From IMG/VR virus record IMGVR_UViG_3300044633_001982: a DNA stretch of 64,000 bases; one strand, written 5' to 3'. This DNA is from a virus. Its lineage: Duplodnaviria; Caudoviricetes. Below the pieces are notes generated by a model that was not told the origin of the DNA, made no database searches, and was given only the letters and a program-made list of their open reading frames with translations. Both the position numbers and the translations under genes were made by a program. This document shows, one piece after another, positions 1-6,953 of this stretch; positions within the stretch are counted from its first letter, which is position 1, and each line of letters begins with the position of its first letter.

Positions 1-12
1 TTTAAATCTACG

Positions 13-38
13 ATAAAGGTGACGAGAGTCACCTTTAT
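13..38. terminator. Intrinsic terminator-like hairpin downstream of the HNH gene
   Basis: ATAAAGGTGAC-GAGA-GTCACCTTTAT perfect 11-bp stem with A/T-rich ends. Confidence 0.7.
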
Positions 39-43
39 TGTTT

Positions 44-532
44 TTAAAAACTTTGTAAAAATTCTTCGTAAATTCTTTTTAATTTTTCAGTCGACGAATC
101 ATAAAAGATATTAGGTTCAGAAGGGAGTGTTATCATTTTTAATCCTGATTCATGAAGTAGTTTGTCACCTTTTTTTAAATTACACGGACTACAACAAGTT
201 ACAAGATTTGACCAAGTATTTCCTCCACCTTTACTTTTTGGTAAAATGTGGTCAATTGTTAAATTTTTTTTACTTCCACAATAAACGCAAGTGTGACCAT
301 CTCGTCTCATAATTCTATGACGGTTAACTCTCATTTTTCTGAATTTATACTTAACGTAATTATTTAAACGAATTATAATTGGTTTATTGATAACATATAA
401 ACCACAATAAATTAACTCATCAGAACTTTTAACCGCTTCAGCTTTACCTTTATATAATAAATTAAAACCTCTTTTAAAAGAAGTTACATTTATTGGGGAA
501 TAATCTGAGTTTAAAACTAAAACTGAATTCAT
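44..532 (-). CDS. HNH endonuclease (McrA-like family)
   Basis: CVYCG...LTIDHILPKSKGGGNTWSNLVTCCSPCNLKKG HNH/Zn motif. Start moved from 577 to ATG 532 (MNSVLVLN) because a host-type promoter lies at 541-571. Confidence 0.9.
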   Translation of the reverse strand: MNSVLVLNSDYSPINVTSFKRGFNLLYKGKAEAVKSSDELIYCGLYVINKPIIIRLNNYVKYKFRKMRVNRHRIMRRDGHTCVYCGSKKNLTIDHILPKSKGGGNTWSNLVTCCSPCNLKKGDKLLHESGLKMITLPSEPNIFYDSSTEKLKRIYEEFLQSF

Positions 533-540
533 AATTGATA

Positions 541-571
541 CAAATATAAAAACAATATTTGATTTTTCAAA
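541..571 (-). promoter_or_regulatory. Bacteroidota sigma-A type promoter (HNH gene)
   Basis: TTTG-N19-TATATTTG on the minus strand, 8 nt before the ATG. Confidence 0.7.
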
Positions 572-587
572 ATACACTTATCATTTA

Positions 588-594
588 TATTTAT
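588..594 (+). promoter_or_regulatory. Candidate late promoter TATTTAT
   Basis: 5 nt before ATG 600; same motif recurs before many late genes. Confidence 0.5.
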
Positions 595-599
595 TTGAT

Positions 600-1370
600 A
601 TGGATAAAAATAAATTAATTTCATTAGCAAATAGATTAGGAAAAACTATTCTAAAAAAATATTCAGGTAAAATGTTACCTGGTGATGCGTATAATCAACT
701 AAGAAAGGATGAACAATATAGTTTTTTATTTAGACAACCAAATGGCCACATTGTCATTATTTGTTTTTTAGTTTCAATACCTGAAAGTCAAAGAGAAACT
801 CAATTTGATAATATAATGTCAAGTTTATTCACATTTACGTATTATACAATTGAAAGTGACGAGGTTGATGAGGAGTGTTCTGACTGTTACGGTAATGGAA
901 CGGTCGATTGTAGTAATTGCGATGGTAATGGTAAGGTTGATTGTGATGAATGTGATGGTGATGGTGAAGATTCAGATGGTGATACTTGTGACAGATGTGA
1001 TGGTGAAGGTGATTTTCAATGTGACTATTGTGGTGGTAGTGGACAAGAGACTTGTGACAGATGTGAAGGCCAAGGATACATAAACATTGATGACACTTAT
1101 GAAATTGAACAGTATTATTGTGCATCATACGGCCCAAATACACTTGAAGTTTGTGAAATGTATGAGAAAGATGATGTTGTAACATCAGGAGATATTAATA
1201 CTATTGAGAATAGAAAAAAAACAATAGTATTATACACCGATACGAGAAATATTGTGGAAAACAGTGAGTTATATCGTAACGATATTCATTTTTATGAATA
1301 TAACAGGACTCCTGAATTTTATGGTAATGGTAACTATATTTCTGACACCCACATTAATGATAAAGATTAA
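600..1370 (+). CDS. Protein with DnaJ-type zinc-finger (CxxCxGxG) repeats, no J domain
   Basis: Six CxxCxGxG repeats (CSDCYGNG, CSNCDGNG, CDECDGDG, CDRCDGEG, CDYCGGSG, CDRCEGQG); no HPD motif. Confidence 0.75.
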   Translation: MDKNKLISLANRLGKTILKKYSGKMLPGDAYNQLRKDEQYSFLFRQPNGHIVIICFLVSIPESQRETQFDNIMSSLFTFTYYTIESDEVDEECSDCYGNGTVDCSNCDGNGKVDCDECDGDGEDSDGDTCDRCDGEGDFQCDYCGGSGQETCDRCEGQGYINIDDTYEIEQYYCASYGPNTLEVCEMYEKDDVVTSGDINTIENRKKTIVLYTDTRNIVENSELYRNDIHFYEYNRTPEFYGNGNYISDTHINDKD

Positions 1371-1396
1371 AAAAAGAGGACTTTGTCCTCTTTTTT
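1370..1396. terminator. Bidirectional intrinsic terminator
   Basis: AAAAAAGAGGAC-TTT-GTCCTCTTTTTT between a convergent CDS and tRNA. Confidence 0.75.
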
Positions 1397-1400
1397 GTTA

Positions 1401-1475
1401 TGGTACCCCCGTCTGGACTCGAACCAGAAATAACTGCTTAGAAGGCAGTGGGTATATCCCTTTACCTACAGGGGC
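1401..1475 (-). tRNA. tRNA-Arg (anticodon UCU), CCA encoded
   Basis: Cloverleaf: acceptor GCCCCTG/CGGGGGT, D stem GGTA/TACC, anticodon arm ACTGC-CTTCTAA-GCAGT, T arm TCTGG-TTCGAGT-CCAGA, 3' ACCA. Confidence 0.95.
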
Positions 1476-1488
1476 GATTTTATTAATA

Positions 1489-1519
1489 CAAATATAAATA
1501 AAAAAATAGAAGTATCAAA
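1489..1519 (-). promoter_or_regulatory. Bacteroidota sigma-A type promoter (tRNA)
   Basis: TTTG-N19-TATATTTG; an overlapping TATTTAT lies at 1494-1500. Confidence 0.65.
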
Positions 1520-1688
1520 TTTTTTTAATAGTATACCTATGTCCCGAATCTGAATTCATCTGAAGAATGTTTTTAAAATCTTCAGCTTGTTCACTTGAGT
1601 CAAATTCAAGAACTTCATCCTGAGAATTTAAAATTATTACAGGTAATTCTTTTTTATCAACTTTGATATATTTTACTATACAATACAT
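1515..1688 (-). CDS. Small hypothetical protein (57 aa, not in ORF track)
   Basis: Manual translation MYCIVKYIKVDKKELPVIILNSQDEVLEFDSSEQAEDFKNILQMNSDSGHRYTIKKI*; packed 2 nt behind the upstream ORF. Confidence 0.65.
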   Translation of the reverse strand: MYCIVKYIKVDKKELPVIILNSQDEVLEFDSSEQAEDFKNILQMNSDSGHRYTIKKI

Positions 1689-1690
1689 AT

Positions 1691-1882
1691 TTAAAAATGT
1701 GTTCCACTATAATTGTCCCATGGACAAGGGTCCACAGATATTTTTAATTTAGATTTTTTAATAATTTGAATATCTTTATCTTTTAAAAAATCAGAATCGT
1801 TTTTAAAATCTTTCCAAGTGTCAAAATCTTTTAAAGATTCTAACACCTCAACAGGTAAAATAACATATTCAGTACTATTCAT
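1691..1882 (-). CDS. Small hypothetical protein
   Basis: 63-aa ORF tightly packed in a minus-strand operon. Confidence 0.65.
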   Translation of the reverse strand: MNSTEYVILPVEVLESLKDFDTWKDFKNDSDFLKDKDIQIIKKSKLKISVDPCPWDNYSGTHF

Positions 1883-1886
1883 AATT

Positions 1887-2060
1887 CTATCTTGATGGTA
1901 GCATTATCCACATCACAATATAAATAGTAACAACTGGAATACTTGTAGAAAATAACAAATATAAAAAAATTAATCTAACAATAAATGAGGGTATTCCAAA
2001 TTTCTCAGAAATCCCTGAGCAAATCCCTCCTAATATTTTTCCATATGATGAACGATACAT
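1887..2060 (-). CDS. pspC: PspC-domain membrane mini-protein (57 aa, not in ORF track)
   Basis: Manual translation MYRSSYGKILGGICSGISEKFGIPSFIVRLIFLYLLFSTSIPVVTIYIVMWIMLPSR* fits the PspC pattern YRS...I.GVC.G.AE.FG.....VRL.F......Y...W...P. Confidence 0.8.
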   Translation of the reverse strand: MYRSSYGKILGGICSGISEKFGIPSFIVRLIFLYLLFSTSIPVVTIYIVMWIMLPSR

Positions 2061-2064
2061 ATTA

Positions 2065-2096
2065 CAAAGTTACAAAAAAAAAATGAAATACACAAC
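2065..2096 (-). promoter_or_regulatory. Bacteroidota sigma-A type promoter (pspC operon)
   Basis: GTTG-N20-TAACTTTG, only 4 nt before the ATG. Confidence 0.65.
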
Positions 2097-2113
2097 ATTT
2101 ATAATGAATAATA

Positions 2114-2120
2114 TATTTAT
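2114..2120 (+). promoter_or_regulatory. Candidate late promoter TATTTAT
   Basis: 5 nt before ATG 2126. Confidence 0.55.
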
Positions 2121-2125
2121 AATAT

Positions 2126-3358
2126 ATGAAATTCAACCAAGTTACAAATGCGGGTGAGAAAAAAATTACCAGAGGATATGGTATGAAAATGCACCCTATT
2201 CATAAAAGAATGAAAATGCACCATGGAATTGACATTCCAGTATCGACAGGTCATGACATTTATTCAATTGCGGATGGTATAATTATCGATAGTGAAATTA
2301 GAAGCGACGCTTGTGGAGGTACTATAAAAGTTTCTCACGGAGTTGTAAATGGTAAAAAATTATACACTAGATTTTGTCACTGTAGTAAACTTTTAAAGAA
2401 AAAAGGTGACATTGTCAAACAAGGTGATGTTATCGCAAAATCAGGTGGAGGTAAAGGTGACCCAGGACGAGGTGGGTCCACGGGTCCACATATTCATTTT
2501 GAAGTTTACGAAAATGGAAGTACTGTTGACCCAATGCCTTATTATAAAAATTCTGTAGGTGGGGAACAAACTGAGTTACCGAGTGAAGTTGATTTGGACA
2601 AATATAAAGATGAGTTAGAAAAGGATGGTGATTTAGATATGGACACAGGTGATACAAAGAAAACATCAAGACAAGTTGCTAAAGATTTAATAAAAAAATT
2701 ATTTGGAATAGATAAAAATTCGTCTATTGAAAATGAGGTTGTAAATGAAATATTTAGAGTTAGAGAAATTATAGAAGAACTAATTCCGACTTTTAAAATT
2801 GACACAGGTAGTAATAATGATAATAATGACGGTAAAACTTGCGGACCGTATGACCCTAATTCACTACCCGTTAAACCATGTACCTCAAGAGTTGCAAATG
2901 GTAACGTGATTACATATACAGGGTCAGATGTTATTGCTCAAGACACTGGTACTATCACGGGTGTCACTAAAGGAAGTTATACTCAGGCAATAAAAATTGG
3001 TAATACCGCTTATTATTGGAATGGTAGCTTAGATAAACAAATGGGTGTTAATATAAATAAGGGTGATAAATTAGGTATGACAGGGTCAGATAAAAAATTA
3101 ATTACCCAACCTTATAGTTCACAAACTCCAAATAAGACTCAAACTTCTACTCCTTCTAAAAATGATGGAAAGACAGTAAATCCTTTAGCTCAAACCTCAA
3201 GTGACTCTAGAAATCAGGCTAAAAATTACGTTAAAAATATTATTAACACATTAACAGGTACCCAAACACAAGCTCCAACTACAAAAAAGGAATCAATTGA
3301 AAAATTAAAACCTTTAATTGAAAACGAATTAAAAAGTTTTAAAAAATTTATAAAATGA
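2126..3358 (+). CDS. M23 family peptidoglycan endopeptidase with a degenerate second M23-like domain
   Basis: HHGID (HxxxD) and HIH (HxH) zinc ligands, VKQGDVIAKSG and VDPMPY; the C-terminal half has M23-like strands without these ligands. Confidence 0.85.
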   Translation: MKFNQVTNAGEKKITRGYGMKMHPIHKRMKMHHGIDIPVSTGHDIYSIADGIIIDSEIRSDACGGTIKVSHGVVNGKKLYTRFCHCSKLLKKKGDIVKQGDVIAKSGGGKGDPGRGGSTGPHIHFEVYENGSTVDPMPYYKNSVGGEQTELPSEVDLDKYKDELEKDGDLDMDTGDTKKTSRQVAKDLIKKLFGIDKNSSIENEVVNEIFRVREIIEELIPTFKIDTGSNNDNNDGKTCGPYDPNSLPVKPCTSRVANGNVITYTGSDVIAQDTGTITGVTKGSYTQAIKIGNTAYYWNGSLDKQMGVNINKGDKLGMTGSDKKLITQPYSSQTPNKTQTSTPSKNDGKTVNPLAQTSSDSRNQAKNYVKNIINTLTGTQTQAPTTKKESIEKLKPLIENELKSFKKFIK

Positions 3359-4098
3359 CAGGTAATTACAAAGTTAAAGCCCCGATAGGAGGTGTGGGAA
3401 TTAGACAAAAGGATACTTCAGATAAAGGAATTTTATTTGAGGTTACGGATGGTAATGATTATTCAGTGTACCCATGTTTACCTGGTATTGTGTCAAAAAT
3501 TGACGATGAGGAAGTAACAATTAAACATAAAGATTATGTTGGTAAAGACTTTATTTCAATATATGAGATTGACGGTAAAATTAAAGTAAAAGAAAAACAA
3601 GAAGTTACTCAGTCAACTGTAATTGGTAAAACCGATGAAGAAGTAATTTTTAAAGTTAAAGATGGTGGTTCATATACTAGCGCTAAAGATTTTATAGGTA
3701 AAGAATTTGGTAAGACAAAAGAAACTACATTATCATCAAAACAAAAAGCTAGATGTATTGCTAGAAGTATTGTTGGATTACCAGCTAAAGCCTTTGGTGT
3801 TGACGAATACGACCCATGTGCCGAGTTTTACGGAGAAAAATCTAAGGAACCATCTGAACCAGTTGATACTGAAATAAAAAAAGATGGGAAAAATAATAAT
3901 GTGGACAATAATGGGGGGAAAAAATCTAAAGATATTGACATTGACCCAAATAAATCATTACCTGACTCGACAGGTGGAGAAGAGGAAGAAGATGAACCAA
4001 GTTTACTGGGCACTGGAGTTAAAATGATTGGTGCAGTTACGGAGTCTAAAAAATTAAATGAAGAGATATTAAGGATAAAAGAATTATTAAGACTATAG
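3355..4098 (+). CDS. Degenerate M23-fold protein
   Basis: VYPCLPGIVSKI...VTIKH...KVKEKQEVTQSTVIGKT resembles the M23 barrel but lacks HxxxD and HxH. Confidence 0.5.
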   Translation: MTGNYKVKAPIGGVGIRQKDTSDKGILFEVTDGNDYSVYPCLPGIVSKIDDEEVTIKHKDYVGKDFISIYEIDGKIKVKEKQEVTQSTVIGKTDEEVIFKVKDGGSYTSAKDFIGKEFGKTKETTLSSKQKARCIARSIVGLPAKAFGVDEYDPCAEFYGEKSKEPSEPVDTEIKKDGKNNNVDNNGGKKSKDIDIDPNKSLPDSTGGEEEEDEPSLLGTGVKMIGAVTESKKLNEEILRIKELLRL

Positions 4099-4104
4099 TT
4101 TGTT

Positions 4105-4509
4105 ATGTTTGATAAAGAACAAATAAAAAGACTTAAAGAATTATTGTCTCAAATGGGATTTAGTAATGAAGATATTAAATCAGAGATGAGATATTTAAAA
4201 AAACATTTAGAAAATTTACCTGAAGAAATTATATTATATAGAATTATAAGTGTTGATAACAAAGAAGATATTAATACTAAATTACCTGGTTCTCACTACA
4301 GTCATTCTAAAAAAGATTTAATGAGTTCTCATAATTTTACCACAGGGTATGGTGAAAAAAAATTCTTAATAACTGTAAAGGCTAAAAGAAATCAGATTGA
4401 TTTTTTTTCAACACTTGAAAATAATATATTGTATCCTAACGAACAAGAAATTACCTTAAAAAATAAAGGTAAGGGTGTTGAGATAACGTCTATAAAAGAA
4501 ATAAAATAA
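4105..4509 (+). CDS. Putative ADP-ribosyltransferase (R-S-E clade)
   Basis: ILYR, HYSHS and NEQEITL in the order and spacing of the R, S-x-S and E-x-E ART motifs. Confidence 0.55.
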   Translation: MFDKEQIKRLKELLSQMGFSNEDIKSEMRYLKKHLENLPEEIILYRIISVDNKEDINTKLPGSHYSHSKKDLMSSHNFTTGYGEKKFLITVKAKRNQIDFFSTLENNILYPNEQEITLKNKGKGVEITSIKEIK

Positions 4510-4530
4510 AGGGACCGAAGTCCCTTTATT
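4505..4530. terminator. Bidirectional terminator after the tmRNA
   Basis: Minus strand AATAAAGGGAC-TTCG-GTCCCTTTATT, a C(UUCG)G tetraloop. Confidence 0.85.
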
Positions 4531-4533
4531 ATT

Positions 4534-4926
4534 TGGTGGAGATGCCGGGGGTCGAACCCGGGTCCAAATAAGTAAGACATAAAACACTACACGTTTAGGT
4601 CATTGTTTTTCTAAACAATCCGAAACTTCACAATTCCCTTATTTTATAGTGGTTCGGTTTACTGAGAACTAATCCTCCACTTTGTTTCTTTTTGGGTAGA
4701 AACCACACCACAACTACGACTTCTGTTGCAAGGTTGTATGTCTGCCGACCCCTAGTAGGTTAATTTTAAATTAAGCTACAGATACTTCTTCAGTACGGAT
4801 TAAACCGATTGTAGAAAGTTTGTTGATAACGTTGCCGTTTATAATTTGAATCAGTTTAACGGAGTTAACTCAGCTCCGACGTGCGTTTTATGGCGTATCA
4901 TACCTGTCAAAGCCAAAAACATCCCC
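4534..4926 (-). ncRNA. ssrA: tmRNA (393 nt)
   Basis: 5' GGGGATG...TTTGACAGG pairs with 3' CATCTCC-ACCA including the G3.U alanine identity pair; T arm CCGGGTTCGACCCCCGG; TAAACGTGTAG segment; internal tag ORF after ATAAAC. Confidence 0.95.
4771..4836 (-). other. tmRNA tag reading frame (A)GNVINKLSTIGLIRTEEVSVA*
   Basis: GGC resume codon after ATAAAC, 21 codons to TAA; resume codon assigned by analogy with Bacteroidota tmRNAs. Confidence 0.75.
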
Positions 4927-4979
4927 ATAAATCAAAGAACTATTGTGTAAAGATATAAATATATTCTTACTTATACAAG

Positions 4980-4986
4980 TATTTAT
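4980..4986 (+). promoter_or_regulatory. Candidate late promoter TATTTAT
   Basis: 9 nt before ATG 4996; a divergent copy at 4955-4961 faces the tmRNA. Confidence 0.55.
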
Positions 4987-4995
4987 TAAAAAAAT

Positions 4996-6078
4996 ATGAA
5001 ACTTTACGAAGCGTTAAAAAAATTTATTCAGGGTACGGCCGATGAATGGGACGTAAGGAGGAGTGATGATAACACTAGAATAGGTAGAGTGAATCAAAAT
5101 AGTTTAGGTAAATCGTTAGTTACATTAACATTTTATGAAGAGGAATTTGCAAAAATTTTCTTGGGGGACAATTCCGAATCTGATAATAACACCTATTATT
5201 TCAATGTAGCATTTAATAGAAGGGGATATTATGGAGGTTCAGTATTTGTCGACGCTCATTATTTTGGGGATGATGAGTGGAAATACGGTGCCTGTTGGTG
5301 GTATTTTAATGAAGACAACAGAAATTTATTTTTATCAATTTTAAAAATACTTAATCCGGGATTAGTTGAATTAGATGATAATGGAAAACCTGATGACGAG
5401 GCGTTTCAATTTTTACTAAGTAAATATACTGATGAAATTGAACAAATTAATTACGAATACGCTGAACTTTATGATGAGTCATTAGTTGTTGGTTTAAGGG
5501 AGTATATTTTAAAAAAAACTTGTGATGTATTTTCAGAATTTGGAATTTATGAGAAAGATTGTGCCCGTCAATACTTAACAACAGTTTCGGTATTAATGTC
5601 TTTATGGAAAATGACTAATACTGATGAAGACTCAAATGTTTTAGATTTATTACATAATTTAGCAATACAAAGAGATTTAATAATTGATGAAGATTTATAT
5701 GAAGATTATTACTCATATTTTGACGAAAAAAACTTTGACTCAGAATCATTTAATAGAACTGTAGAAAGACAATTAGAAAAAATAAAAGACAAAATTGATG
5801 AGGAAATAGATGAAGGTACATTACAAGATAGTATTAAAATACATAATCAATTATCAAAATTAGGTTATAATTTTGGTAGGTGGTATAGTTTACCTGACCA
5901 AAAACATTTTAATAAAATTGGAAAAAAGAACGAAAAATTTAAGTTACTTAACGTAATTGGGGGAAAAGTAGTATTCAATAGGTTAAATCCTGACAATGGA
6001 ATAGCACAGTCCGCAATGGGACCCGAAGATTTTTTTAATTATTTATACCATCCAGAATTGTTTGAATCAAAAAAATGA
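4996..6078 (+). CDS. Hypothetical protein
   Basis: 360-aa ORF, no motif recognised. Confidence 0.75.
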   Translation: MKLYEALKKFIQGTADEWDVRRSDDNTRIGRVNQNSLGKSLVTLTFYEEEFAKIFLGDNSESDNNTYYFNVAFNRRGYYGGSVFVDAHYFGDDEWKYGACWWYFNEDNRNLFLSILKILNPGLVELDDNGKPDDEAFQFLLSKYTDEIEQINYEYAELYDESLVVGLREYILKKTCDVFSEFGIYEKDCARQYLTTVSVLMSLWKMTNTDEDSNVLDLLHNLAIQRDLIIDEDLYEDYYSYFDEKNFDSESFNRTVERQLEKIKDKIDEEIDEGTLQDSIKIHNQLSKLGYNFGRWYSLPDQKHFNKIGKKNEKFKLLNVIGGKVVFNRLNPDNGIAQSAMGPEDFFNYLYHPELFESKK

Positions 6079-6087
6079 TTATCTTTG
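6057..6087 (+). promoter_or_regulatory. Bacteroidota sigma-A type promoter (peptidase)
   Basis: ATTG-N19-TATCTTTG, 5 nt before ATG 6093. Confidence 0.65.
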
Positions 6088-6092
6088 TCCTT

Positions 6093-6923
6093 ATGGATAA
6101 AAATATAGAATTTCTTAAAACAGTATTATCAATTCCAACTCACACTTATCATGAAGATAGGATGATTGATTTTTTAATTGATTATTTAAGTGAAAAAAAA
6201 TACCCTTTTAAAATTGATGAGTTGGGTAATATATACGTAACAAAAGGACTAATTTCAGAAAACGAATTTTATCCTTGTGTCGTTGCTCATACTGATACTG
6301 TACACCCTATTGACACTATCAATATTAGAGAAGAACAACGTAAAGATTCCAAAGGGAATTTAAATTTTAGTTTGAAAGCGTATAATGATGAAGGAGAACC
6401 TACAGGGATTGGGGGTGATGATAAATGTGGAGTATTTGCCTGTTTACAACTTTTAGAAGAATTTGAAGTTTTAAAAGTTGCATTTTTTGTGTCTGAGGAA
6501 GTTGGTTGTATTGGCTCAAAAGAGGCTGACCCTGTATTTTTTAATGATGTAGGGTACGCAATTCAATTTGATGCTCCTGATGATTATATGGTTACAGAAT
6601 ATTGTTTTGGTGTAAAAATGTTTGAAACTGATTCTCCGTTTCACACTACCGCTAAAACAGTATTAACTGAAAACATGTTATCAGAACCAAGATTTATGCA
6701 ACATCCTTATACAGATATTTGGCAATTAAAACAAAAATTTGATTTTTCATGTATCAATCTTTCTGTTGGTTATCACTCGTACCATACAAAACACGAATAT
6801 GTGGTTGTAGATGAAGTTTTTGCAGGTATTGAATCAGGTAAAAAATTAATTCAGGAGTTGGGAAATACAAAATATGTTTATAAACATATTCCTCGAGACT
6901 TAACAAAAGGATTTTTTAATTAA
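6093..6923 (+). CDS. M20/M28 family zinc peptidase
   Basis: AHTDTVH, GGDDKCG, SEEVG, FDAP and YHSYHT di-zinc motifs; start moved to ATG 6093, downstream of the promoter. Confidence 0.85.
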   Translation: MDKNIEFLKTVLSIPTHTYHEDRMIDFLIDYLSEKKYPFKIDELGNIYVTKGLISENEFYPCVVAHTDTVHPIDTINIREEQRKDSKGNLNFSLKAYNDEGEPTGIGGDDKCGVFACLQLLEEFEVLKVAFFVSEEVGCIGSKEADPVFFNDVGYAIQFDAPDDYMVTEYCFGVKMFETDSPFHTTAKTVLTENMLSEPRFMQHPYTDIWQLKQKFDFSCINLSVGYHSYHTKHEYVVVDEVFAGIESGKKLIQELGNTKYVYKHIPRDLTKGFFN

Positions 6924-6926
6924 AAT

Positions 6927-6953
6927 AAAAAAGGGGGTTTATTCCCCCTTTTT
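6927..6953. terminator. Bidirectional terminator overlapping the clpC 3' end
   Basis: AAAAAAGGGGG-TTTATT-CCCCCTTTTT at a convergent junction. Confidence 0.65.

Noticed and set aside
44-532. HNH gene as a mobile homing endonuclease or intron
   Set aside because: It is free-standing with its own promoter and terminator and interrupts no gene; it resembles the stand-alone McrA-like family.
1252-1497. ORF 1252-1497(+) and ORF 4392-4580(-)
   Set aside because: They run through the tRNA and the tmRNA 3' end and terminators respectively.
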